Positions 54,671 through 63,259 of a stretch of DNA of 64,000 nt are shown here, in pieces (position 1 is the first letter of the stretch; each line of letters begins with the position of its first letter). The stretch comes from a virus (taxonomy: Duplodnaviria > Caudoviricetes), in the IMG/VR virus record IMGVR_UViG_3300036520_000018, positions 4,312-68,311 of that record; one strand, given 5' to 3'. The notes beneath the pieces are model-generated. The model had not been told where the DNA came from and did no database searches. It worked only from the letters and a program-made list of their open reading frames with translations. The position numbers and the translations under genes are program-made.

Positions 54671-55330
54671 GTGTCCACCGACTCTCTCGAATACCTCGCC
54701 TCGCGATACGGCGACGATCGGCCGAACTACTTACTCTGTGCTGCGGCACTGATGGCTGTGATCGCCATTGGCACCCTTGTCTACACCGCTCCGACCGGCC
54801 CTTCCATCCCGCCCATCACCTCAGCTCACGTCAAGGTCGAGACCAAGCTTGGTCACGGTAGCGCAACGCACATCGGCGAAGGTTTGTATGTGACCGCTGC
54901 TCATGTCGTCGGCAGCAACAAGACTGCTCAGATCAACGGTGTCGAAGTCGAAGCCCTTTGGGCTAACGACACCTATGACATTGCTGTGCTGTCTGGTCCC
55001 AATCAGGCCGCTAGTGTTCCGCTGGCCTGCTATACGCCAACAATCGGCGAGACTGGCGAAGCGCATGGTAATCCCATGGCGTTCAACGACATCACTACAC
55101 GTGTCGTGGTCGCTGGTGCGCCAGCCACCATTGGCGAGTGGAAGGTTGCTGTGCCAGTTGACGGCACCGTTGGTCCCGGCATGTCCGGCGGCGCATTCGT
55201 TATCGGTGGTGCTTTGGTAGGCGTTAACGTTGGCGCTGCACTAGCGCCTGCCGGTTCGTTCCCTTCTTACTTCGGTCTTTCCATCATCGTCCCCGGTTCG
55301 GTCGTCTGCGATCTGCTTGGGCGTAAGTGA
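54671..55330 (+). CDS. Membrane-anchored trypsin-like serine protease
   Basis: TM segment; VTAAHVV (His), YDIAVL (Asp), GMSGG (Ser). Confidence 0.88.
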   Translation: MSTDSLEYLASRYGDDRPNYLLCAAALMAVIAIGTLVYTAPTGPSIPPITSAHVKVETKLGHGSATHIGEGLYVTAAHVVGSNKTAQINGVEVEALWANDTYDIAVLSGPNQAASVPLACYTPTIGETGEAHGNPMAFNDITTRVVVAGAPATIGEWKVAVPVDGTVGPGMSGGAFVIGGALVGVNVGAALAPAGSFPSYFGLSIIVPGSVVCDLLGRK

Positions 55331-55335
55331 AATCG

Positions 55336-55369
55336 TGCCCGCTGCCCTTCTGGGTGGCGGGCATTTTTT
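55336..55369 (+). terminator. Intrinsic terminator
   Basis: TGCCCGCTGCCC-TTCT-GGGTGGCGGGCA-TTTTTT. Confidence 0.85.
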
Positions 55370-55400
55370 GTCTCTGGGATTCCGAGGAGCCTCCCAAAAC

Positions 55401-56672
55401 ATGACCACCCAATTCACCACTCAACAGATCGCCGAGGCGTTCATCGCCCATGATCGCAATCAGTCTGCTACGGCGGTTGCTGTCGGCTGCAGCCGCGAGA
55501 CTGTCCAGCGTCACTTACGTTTGGCGAGCGAGCAGGGCTTGCTTGGCACAGCACCGGTGCTGCCTGGTTTCCGGATCAGCAAGCTGACGAGTACGCCCAA
55601 CGGCGACTTCATTCAGCAGAAGCCCGAACTTGGGCCGGAATATACCCCGACAGACGGCCTTGGGCTGAAGGGTAAGACTACCTGGGTCGGCGCCGATGGG
55701 CGTGTCGAGCGTCAAGTCTTCATGGAGCGCTCCAGCGCAGAGCAGCAACGTGCGGTGCTCGACGCTATAATCGCCAGCCTGAAAGAGGAACTGCCGCGGG
55801 TCGCGCCTGTCCCGCTTAACGAAGCTGCCACTTTATGGAACGACGAACTCCTGAACCAATACACCGTCACGGACAATCATTTCGGGATGCTGTCCTGGCG
55901 TGAGGAAACGGGCGCCGACTACGATCTGCGCATCGCAGAGGCTCTGCTTCTTGATTGGTTTGCTGCCGCTATTCAAACTGCCCCAAACTCCCACACGGCA
56001 GTGCTGGCTCAACTGGGTGACCTGCTGCACCATGATGGCTTGGAGAGCGTTACGCCGACCAGCAACCATGTACTTGACGCTGACTCGCGCCTGCAGAAGG
56101 TTATCCGAGTGGTGATCCGTTGCTTCCGCCGGATCATCGACATGCTGCTTGCCAAGCATCAGCACGTTCATGTCGTGATGGCGTCCGGCAACCACGATCC
56201 CGCATCGTCAGCCTGGCTGCGCGAGTTGTTCGCCACGCTTTATGAGAATGAGCCTCGGGTCACTGTCGACACCAGCCCTGACCTCTACTACGCCTTCGAA
56301 TGGGGGCAGACCGGTCTTTACTACCACCACATGCACAAGCGTGGGGTGAAGGATCTGGACCGTACCTTCGCCGGTAAGTTCCGCGAGATGTTCGGCCGCT
56401 GCCGCTACAACTATGGGCACGGTGGACATCTGCATTCTGACGCAGTCGTCGAGACTGCTCTTATGCACATCGAACGTCATGAAACGTTGGCAGCACCCGA
56501 TGCCTACGCAAGTGGCGGCGGCTGGATGTCTGGGCGCTCTGCCAAGGTTATCACTTACAGCAAGCGGTTCGGCGAAGTTGGGCGGTCCACCCTACGACCA
56601 GAGATGGTCGTTGGTGCCTCAGCCGTTGGCGTACCAGCCAACGACAACGTCAAGTTCGATAAGGCTGCGTGA
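55401..56672 (+). CDS. Calcineurin-like metallophosphoesterase with N-terminal HTH
   Basis: TDNHFG, LGDLLH, GNHD and GHLH motifs; ends PANDNVKFDKAA. Confidence 0.8.
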   Translation: MTTQFTTQQIAEAFIAHDRNQSATAVAVGCSRETVQRHLRLASEQGLLGTAPVLPGFRISKLTSTPNGDFIQQKPELGPEYTPTDGLGLKGKTTWVGADGRVERQVFMERSSAEQQRAVLDAIIASLKEELPRVAPVPLNEAATLWNDELLNQYTVTDNHFGMLSWREETGADYDLRIAEALLLDWFAAAIQTAPNSHTAVLAQLGDLLHHDGLESVTPTSNHVLDADSRLQKVIRVVIRCFRRIIDMLLAKHQHVHVVMASGNHDPASSAWLRELFATLYENEPRVTVDTSPDLYYAFEWGQTGLYYHHMHKRGVKDLDRTFAGKFREMFGRCRYNYGHGGHLHSDAVVETALMHIERHETLAAPDAYASGGGWMSGRSAKVITYSKRFGEVGRSTLRPEMVVGASAVGVPANDNVKFDKAA

Positions 56673-56797
56673 TGGACGAAGTTACTGCCACTATTCTCGG
56701 CTTTGCCGTCATATTTGTCGGCTTCCCAGCTTCATGGGCGCTCATCTGGGCGTTCGTCAGATGGGTTAAGCACAAGGTACCCTACCGTAATTGGTAG
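56672..56797 (+). CDS. Small membrane protein (41 aa)
   Basis: TGATG overlap; hydrophobic core. Confidence 0.55.
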   Translation: MDEVTATILGFAVIFVGFPASWALIWAFVRWVKHKVPYRNW

Positions 56798-56840
56798 CCG
56801 CCTAACCACCACACCACACCAAACTACCACAAGGACAATA

Positions 56841-58886
56841 ATGCAGAACTCTCCTGCACCATCCACTCGCGCTCAGATTACCGAGCGTCGCACTTACCTG
56901 CGGCCGACCAACGACGCGGGCACCGAGTTCGAGACCTTCGAGCAATCGGTGGACCGCATGATTGGCCACCAACGTTGGCTGTGGGAACGCGCCAAGGCTG
57001 GTATGCGCCGTGACGAATACGGCGATTGGATGCTTGCGCCGCTCAATGCTGAGCAGGAATCGGAGCTCGAAGAACTCCGCGCCTTGCTGCTCGACCGCAA
57101 GGTCAACCTGTCCGGCCGCACTCGTTGGTTGGGTGGCACCGATGTCTCCAAGACTCGCGAAAGCAGCCAGTTCAACTGCAGCTTCTTGGAAGTGCGCACC
57201 GTCCATGACGTGGTCGACGTGCTCTGGCTGCTGCTTCAGGGCTGCGGTGTTGGCTTCCGCCCGATCGTCGGCAACCTGAACGGCTTTGGGCACTTCATTC
57301 CCGAGGTAGAAGTCATCCGTTCGACGCGCACTGGTAAGGGCGGTCGCGCCAAGAACCGCGAGAAGTTCGATCCGGACACAGGCACCTGGACACTCAGCGT
57401 TGGTGACAGCGCCGAAGCTTGGGCCAAGTCGGTTGGAAAGCTTGTAGCCGGCAAGTTCAAGGCGAAGAAGCTCGTTATCGACCTAAGCCAGATCCGTCCA
57501 GCCGGCGAACGCCTCAAAGGTTATGGTTGGATCAGTTCGGGTGACGAACAGATCGCCAAAGCTTACCCAGCCATTGCGGCCATCCTGAACAAGCGGGCAG
57601 GGCAGTTGCTTACTCGCATGGACATCCTCGACATCGTCAACTGGCTCGGCACTGTGCTGTCCAGCCGTCGGTCGGCCGAGATTGCTCTGTTCGAAGTTGG
57701 CGAACCGGAATGGGAGGAGTTTGCCGTCGCCAAAAAGGACTTCTGGCTACATGACAACGGTCACCGCACTCAGTCCAACAACTCACTGATCTTTTCGCAC
57801 ACGCCGTCGCGGAGTGAACTCGAGTACATCTTCAACCTCATGGTTGAAGCTGGAGGGTCCGAACCAGGCTTCATGAACATCCAGGAAGCCTTGCGCCGCG
57901 GTCCATGGACCAAGGGCACCAATCCTTGTGGTGAGATTCTTCTGGGCGACCACAACTTCTGTAACCTGGTCGAAACGGTTCTGAGCCGGTTTAACGGAGA
58001 CTTGGCGGGATTAAAGCGCGCTCATTGGGTAGTTGCTCGCGCCAACTATCGGCAGACATGCGTGTGGCTCGACGATGGCATCCTGCAGCGCTCCTGGCAT
58101 GAACTGAACGAGTTCCTGCGGCTCTGCGGCGTGGGCGTCACCGGTGTGGTTGCTTGGTCAGGAGCCAACAACGCGTTTGCATGGCAGGCTCTTCGTGAGG
58201 CCGCCCACACCGGCGCCAACAGTATGGCTGACGAACTCGGCATGCCGCGGTCCAAGGCGATCACCACGATCAAGCCGTCTGGCACGCAGTCAAAGGCCTC
58301 TGGCATCGTCGGATTCGAGGTTCCTGAAGGTGTGCACAAGCCGCTCGGCCGCTACATCTTCAACAACATCAACATGAGCAGGCACGATCCGCTCGTCGGC
58401 ATCTTGCAGCGTGCAGGCTACTACACGTTTCCCAACCCAGGTGACTCAACCGGCGTGCTCGTTCGCGTGCCCGTGGAGTACGGCAACATTCCTTTCGAAC
58501 GCGTTGAACGCAACGGACGTGTGCTTGAGGTCAACCTGGAAAGCGCGGTGGCTCAACTCGAGCGCTACAAGCTCGTGATGCAGCACTACGTCGACCACAA
58601 CTGTTCGATAACGGTTTCCTACGATCGGAGCGAAGTGCCTGCCATCATCGACTGGCTGCAGGAGAACTGGGACACCACAATCGGTGTTTCGTTCCTATTC
58701 CGCAACGATCCGACCAAGACGGCTGCCGACCTTGGGTACCAGTACCTCCCCCAAGAAGTTGTGACGGCCGAAGTTTACCACGCCTACGCCGACACGCTGC
58801 GCCCGATCGACTGGTCTGGTTCGGCCGGCGAGTTCGGCGTGGACTCTGGCCCCGACTGTGCAACTGGCGCGTGCCCGGTGATCTGA
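56841..58886 (+). CDS. nrdJ: Class II (adenosylcobalamin-dependent) ribonucleotide reductase
   Basis: RTYLRP, QFNCSF, GTNPCGEI, TTIKPSGT and C-terminal CATGACP motifs. Confidence 0.93.
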   Translation: MQNSPAPSTRAQITERRTYLRPTNDAGTEFETFEQSVDRMIGHQRWLWERAKAGMRRDEYGDWMLAPLNAEQESELEELRALLLDRKVNLSGRTRWLGGTDVSKTRESSQFNCSFLEVRTVHDVVDVLWLLLQGCGVGFRPIVGNLNGFGHFIPEVEVIRSTRTGKGGRAKNREKFDPDTGTWTLSVGDSAEAWAKSVGKLVAGKFKAKKLVIDLSQIRPAGERLKGYGWISSGDEQIAKAYPAIAAILNKRAGQLLTRMDILDIVNWLGTVLSSRRSAEIALFEVGEPEWEEFAVAKKDFWLHDNGHRTQSNNSLIFSHTPSRSELEYIFNLMVEAGGSEPGFMNIQEALRRGPWTKGTNPCGEILLGDHNFCNLVETVLSRFNGDLAGLKRAHWVVARANYRQTCVWLDDGILQRSWHELNEFLRLCGVGVTGVVAWSGANNAFAWQALREAAHTGANSMADELGMPRSKAITTIKPSGTQSKASGIVGFEVPEGVHKPLGRYIFNNINMSRHDPLVGILQRAGYYTFPNPGDSTGVLVRVPVEYGNIPFERVERNGRVLEVNLESAVAQLERYKLVMQHYVDHNCSITVSYDRSEVPAIIDWLQENWDTTIGVSFLFRNDPTKTAADLGYQYLPQEVVTAEVYHAYADTLRPIDWSGSAGEFGVDSGPDCATGACPVI

Positions 58887-59104
58887 TGACCCAGTACCGC
58901 ATCATCAGCCAGCCAGGTTGCAAGTACTGCCGCATGGCCAAGGAACTGCTCACCAGCCGTGGGTTGACCTACAGCGAAGAACTTCTGCTCCACCCGGAAC
59001 AGAAGGCATCCTTCAAGGCTCAAGGCTTCGCCACCGTCCCGCAAATCTGGGACGCCGACCGCCATATCGGCGGTTACACCGAACTAGCCGCTGAACTCGG
59101 CTAA
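58886..59104 (+). CDS. Glutaredoxin
   Basis: CKYC, TVPQIW and IGGYTEL motifs. Confidence 0.92.
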   Translation: MTQYRIISQPGCKYCRMAKELLTSRGLTYSEELLLHPEQKASFKAQGFATVPQIWDADRHIGGYTELAAELG

Positions 59105-59156
59105 CCTAGGGCGGCTACGGCCGCTCCTCACTACACCACTGAGGAGAACTACCACT

Positions 59157-59579
59157 ATGACAACCTGGCAAGTACCAGCTTCTATGATCCCGTCGAACGA
59201 CAATCTCGACCACGCCGCCAACATCAACGCGCTTTGCGCAGAGATTCACGCCGACAACATCGCAGCCGGCTGGTGGACAGACATCAACACTGGGGAGAGC
59301 ATCGTCGCGACACGCAACGTCCCCGAAATGCTTTGCCTGATCCACTCCGAGATCAGCGAGGCCATGGAGGGTCACCGTAAGGACCTCCAAGACGACAAGC
59401 TGCCGCATCGCAAGATGATGGAAGTGGAGCTCGCCGACGCCGTGATCCGCATCTTCGACTTGGCTGGCTCACGCGGCTATGACCTCGGCGGCGTCATCCA
59501 GGAGAAGCGTGCCTTCAACAAGACTCGTGCTGACCACAAGATTGAGAACCGGAAGGCTGCCGGCGGGAAGGCGTTCTGA
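59157..59579 (+). CDS. MazG-like NTP pyrophosphohydrolase
   Basis: LIHSEISEAMEG; EVELADAVIRIFD. Confidence 0.85.
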   Translation: MTTWQVPASMIPSNDNLDHAANINALCAEIHADNIAAGWWTDINTGESIVATRNVPEMLCLIHSEISEAMEGHRKDLQDDKLPHRKMMEVELADAVIRIFDLAGSRGYDLGGVIQEKRAFNKTRADHKIENRKAAGGKAF

Positions 59580-60172
59580 TGTTTGGGTTGGCAGGAAAAG
59601 ACGAAATCAATCTGCAGAACAACGGTGCACCGCGCATCGGCGACTGGATTGCCACCTACACCGGCAAGGCGGTCTTCCCGATGGACCTTCGCGCTGAAGA
59701 CATCGACATCATTGACATCGCGCACAGCTTATCCCTGCAGTGCCGCTTTAATGGCCACTGCTTAAGGTTCTACAGCGTGGCTGAGCATTCAGTCCTAGTC
59801 AGTCGTTGGCTGCTTGAAGAGTACGGTCATACGGCTGCCTTGTGCGGTTTGCTGCACGACGCCACCGAAGCATACCTAACTGACGTGCCGAGGCCGGTGA
59901 AGCCATTCTTGCACGGCTACAAAGAAGCTGAATTGAACGCTTGGTATGCTGTCGCAGCGCGGTTTGGCCTCGATGCTGTGTTTGCGGAAGGGGTTCATGA
60001 GGCGGACAATCGTATCTTGTTCGATGAAAAAGCTCAGAACATGGGAGTGGGTCCAGACTGGTCCTGGGCCATGGAACCACTTGGAGTAAGCCTCCAGTTT
60101 TGGACGCCGGAGCAAGCCAAAGCTGAGTTTTTGAAGACCTTCTGGAATCTAATCGAAACGGGGACATTGTGA
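59579..60172 (+). CDS. HD-domain 5'-deoxynucleotidase (YfbR-like)
   Basis: CRFNGH, YSVAEHS and LLHDATEAY motifs. Confidence 0.9.
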   Translation: MFGLAGKDEINLQNNGAPRIGDWIATYTGKAVFPMDLRAEDIDIIDIAHSLSLQCRFNGHCLRFYSVAEHSVLVSRWLLEEYGHTAALCGLLHDATEAYLTDVPRPVKPFLHGYKEAELNAWYAVAARFGLDAVFAEGVHEADNRILFDEKAQNMGVGPDWSWAMEPLGVSLQFWTPEQAKAEFLKTFWNLIETGTL

Positions 60173-60822
60173 TGTTTGCAAGTGAATTGACCGTCGGCGA
60201 AGTTTCACCTGTCCACCCATCTGGTGACACGCCGTTCTGCCGCAGTTGGGAACAACGGCACCTACCACCACTTACCGCGGCCAATGACAACAGCAAGTTG
60301 CCCCGTGTCGTCGCCTTGGCAGGTGTTGCTGGCTCGGGCAAGTCCACACTGGCCGAATACCTCATTGAACGTCATGGCTATCAGCGCATCAAATTTGCTG
60401 GCCCGCTCAAAGCCATGTGCCGCGCGATCGGTATGACTGAAGCCATGATTGAGGGCGACCAAAAGGAACTGCCAGTGTCGTGGCTGGAAGGCCGTTCACC
60501 GCGGTACGTCATGCAGCGGCTGGGAGGCGACTGGGGCAGGGACCTGATCGGCCCTAACCTTTGGACCGGACTTTGGACCAAGGCTGCCAACGACGTTCTC
60601 AAGGCTGGCGGCCGTGTAGTCACCGATGACTGTCGCTATGACAACGAAGCTCTGACTGTCCAGGCTCTTGGAGGATTGGTGATCAAGCTGCAGGGCAGGG
60701 GTGGTATTGGCACCGGCCATGCGTCCGAACAGATCACTGACGAAGTGGACGTGGTGCTGCGCAACCAAGGTACGATCCGCGAGCTCTATGATCGTTTGGA
60801 CGAGGTGTTGTTCGCGGGTTAG
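60169..60822 (+). CDS. Deoxynucleoside monophosphate kinase
   Basis: LAGVAGSGKST, FAGPLK, MQRLG, DCRYDNE and HASE motifs. Confidence 0.9.
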   Translation: MMFASELTVGEVSPVHPSGDTPFCRSWEQRHLPPLTAANDNSKLPRVVALAGVAGSGKSTLAEYLIERHGYQRIKFAGPLKAMCRAIGMTEAMIEGDQKELPVSWLEGRSPRYVMQRLGGDWGRDLIGPNLWTGLWTKAANDVLKAGGRVVTDDCRYDNEALTVQALGGLVIKLQGRGGIGTGHASEQITDEVDVVLRNQGTIRELYDRLDEVLFAG

Positions 60823-61770
60823 TCAAAGCTTACCCAAAGCGTGAGCCAAAAACGTGTATATCTTTCCCCTGGCGGAGGTAACCTCTTCATGAGCCTTACC
60901 TTCAGTCAGGGGATCTTTTAGGTAACTGTCCAAGTAGCGCTCGTAATCATCAACGTATCTGGATGCCGCGGCCTTATATCGGGGTATTGCTTGGATTTTC
61001 CCTGCTAAACCCTGCAGGCTACTTCTACCTTCCTCGGTGAATACGATTGGTGGTAGCTTGGTTTTACCATTGAAGGTTCTCCAAAACTCCGCAAGTGCTT
61101 CAGGATTGAAGGCTCTCACAATAAGACTCTGCATTTCGTCGAGCGGTGATGACAGAGTGGGAGCGGTCGGTGAAATACGAGCCACTTCCCGCTCCATTAT
61201 TTTCTCCAAAGCCTCTATTTCTTTGTCTACATTTCTTGCAGCGACCCTAAGTGGTTCTCTTGGTACCACACGGTAAGGTTCGACAGGCACCCTAACTTGA
61301 AAGGGCGACGGTGAAGGTGTGCGCTCTACGACCCGTGTCTCCTGTTCTTTCTTCTCGGCAGCTTTTGCTAGCAGAGATTCACCTGGCTTCAGTTCCAAAG
61401 AACTCTGCTTGACCCACTCCAGTGTCTGATTAAGGTCATCTATGTCGACCTCCTGCCCGTGTACGACCCGGTTCAGGATGTCTCGAATTTGTGCCTCGGC
61501 CGCATTATTTACGCCCTGGAAGTGTTCTTCCAACAGCTTACGTAGATGCGCCAAAGAGTGTTGAAACGGTGGGTTGCCGACTACTACCTCTTGCGGCAAC
61601 TTCTCTACTAGTTCACTCGCGGCATCAGGAATGCGCATGCCGGCTTCCACCAGCTTGCGGATAGCATCCGCACGCGTCGGGATCTTGTGGGCGTGTCGCC
61701 ACTCATCGATTTTCTGCAGGAAAGCGTCGTCGACACGCATCTGCAACTGTTTATCGTTCTTAAGTGCCAT
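60823..61770 (-). CDS. RHH domain fused to an unknown helical domain
   Basis: QLQMRVDDAFLQKIDEWR...TRADAIRKLVEAG; visibly lower GC. Confidence 0.7.
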   Translation of the reverse strand: MALKNDKQLQMRVDDAFLQKIDEWRHAHKIPTRADAIRKLVEAGMRIPDAASELVEKLPQEVVVGNPPFQHSLAHLRKLLEEHFQGVNNAAEAQIRDILNRVVHGQEVDIDDLNQTLEWVKQSSLELKPGESLLAKAAEKKEQETRVVERTPSPSPFQVRVPVEPYRVVPREPLRVAARNVDKEIEALEKIMEREVARISPTAPTLSSPLDEMQSLIVRAFNPEALAEFWRTFNGKTKLPPIVFTEEGRSSLQGLAGKIQAIPRYKAAASRYVDDYERYLDSYLKDPLTEGKAHEEVTSARGKIYTFLAHALGKL

Positions 61771-61849
61771 GGCGCATGTGTAGCATGTATTGACACGGAG
61801 TCCAGCTCCGGTTTAGGTAAATACATGCTATACGCGTACGAGGCCGATT

Positions 61850-62092
61850 ATGCCAGCAAGAACAAGCCTGCAGCCTGAATTATCTTCTTTGACCCTTTCT
61901 CAGGAAGCGGCGGACTTGTTGGTCCGGCTGATCGAGAAGATGGAGACCCGTGACGTGGCAGGTATGCCGATCCTCGTTATCGAAACTAACGAGGCTCTGA
62001 TGGAAGACCTGCAGGACTGGACCAACCGCTTCGACGAGTTGGATGAGGCAGAGGCCGAACTGGTCCTGGATCCGAACAAGAAGTTGCACTAA
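61850..62092 (+). CDS. Acidic hypothetical protein
   Basis: 80 aa, divergent from the RHH gene. Confidence 0.6.
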   Translation: MPARTSLQPELSSLTLSQEAADLLVRLIEKMETRDVAGMPILVIETNEALMEDLQDWTNRFDELDEAEAELVLDPNKKLH

Positions 62093-62201
62093 CCGTACTC
62101 GCGCGAACGCAGCACTCACACCTAAGTTCCGCTCGCTACCAAATATTTTCGTGAGAGTGTCACAATTACACTGTCCGCGAATCCAGCAGACGTGTATCAA
62201 T

Positions 62202-62461
62202 GTCCGTGGGCGTGGAAACCCGGACTTGAGATAGGCAGCATCACTGGTCGCGACACAACGATTGGCGTCGTTGTGCAGCCCTGTGCGCTGAAACCTGATT
62301 GCGCATTGGCGTGCGCATCTTCCTGGCCATTTGGCCGGGTGCGATGCGCTATGTCCAGATGATTCCTGTGCTGATCCCACAGGATAGTTAAAGGCCGTCG
62401 GCCTGTCTCTCGAGCAGGTTTCCAACACCCGGCTGCCGGTCTGTTACCGGCTAACGGCCTT
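62202..62461 (+). ncRNA. Second candidate structured RNA or leader
   Basis: About 8 hairpins and nested helices, e.g. CACAACGA/TCGTTGTG, GCGCATC/GATGCGC, AAGGCCGT/ACGGCCTT. Confidence 0.45.
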
Positions 62462-62484
62462 GGAAAGCCACCTTGAGAACCACC

Positions 62485-62691
62485 ATGCTTGCTATCACCA
62501 CAGAAACGCACCAAGCACTCACCAGGCAACTTGCCTTCTACCCTGGTCAGTTGTCCTTCCCTCAGCCCCACGTGATCACGACAGTAGTGCAAACCACGCC
62601 AGACTATTTTGGCGGTGGATCTCAAACCGTCGACGTTATGCTCACAGTGGAAGCCTATAACCGCTTCGCTGCGCGGCGGCCGAAACGCTGA
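62485..62691 (+). CDS. Hypothetical protein
   Basis: 68 aa after the structured region. Confidence 0.45.
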   Translation: MLAITTETHQALTRQLAFYPGQLSFPQPHVITTVVQTTPDYFGGGSQTVDVMLTVEAYNRFAARRPKR

Positions 62692-62725
62692 ACGTCTTGG
62701 CGCGCAGTGGACGATGCGCGCCTTT

Positions 62726-63007
62726 TCACTCCATGGTCGGTATCTCACCATACTGAGCAATGATCACTGGCTCGCCGTATTCGCCGAGCACCGGATCAGC
62801 CTCCCTCGACCAAGCAACGACCCCGACGTGATCTTCTGACAGCGCTCTCGCTGCCCGTCTTGCTCGGTCCTCGCTCTGCCATTGAGTTGCTTCAGTGGCC
62901 GGCACCAGGTCCCCCGTATCATCCCGATCAAACGCCAGCACCACAATCAATGTAGTGCGTTTGGTGTCCTTCTTTACCGGGGCGTTATCCACACTTTCCA
63001 CAAGCAT
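62726..63007 (-). CDS. Hypothetical protein
   Basis: VLAFDRDDTGDLVPA...GVVAWSRE.DP..GEY. Confidence 0.6.
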   Translation of the reverse strand: MLVESVDNAPVKKDTKRTTLIVVLAFDRDDTGDLVPATEATQWQSEDRARRAARALSEDHVGVVAWSREADPVLGEYGEPVIIAQYGEIPTME

Positions 63008-63088
63008 CTAGGAACCTCCTTGTTCTCTTTTTGTTCTGGTCTTAGACTCTTCGTCAGAGTCAAGAGGTCGCAGACAAAGGAGAAGGAA

Positions 63089-63259
63089 GTGGCCGGTGAG
63101 AGTGGGATCAAGATCAAACCACGCATGAAGGAGATGGTGCGCTCAGCTAAAGAGCGCTACCCAAACCTGACAGCCAGCGACATCGCAAAGATCACCGGCT
63201 TGCGTCCAGCTTATGTACGCACTGCATTGGCTCGGGCTGATGGTAAGCGGCTCGACTGA
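63089..63259 (+). CDS. Small HTH-like protein
   Basis: LTASDIAKITGLRPAYVRTAL; AGGAG RBS. Confidence 0.55.
   Translation: MAGESGIKIKPRMKEMVRSAKERYPNLTASDIAKITGLRPAYVRTALARADGKRLD

Noticed and set aside
56841-58886. Intein or intron in NrdJ (also considered for the polymerase and terminase)
   Set aside because: ORFs are continuous, of ordinary length, and show no splice-junction motifs
59157-60822. Z-base (2-aminoadenine) DNA pathway, suggested by HD plus MazG genes
   Set aside because: No PurZ or adenylosuccinate synthetase homologue in the window
61550-61590. Adenine methyltransferase, suggested by VVVGNPPF
   Set aside because: No SAM-binding motif or methylase-like context; treated as coincidence
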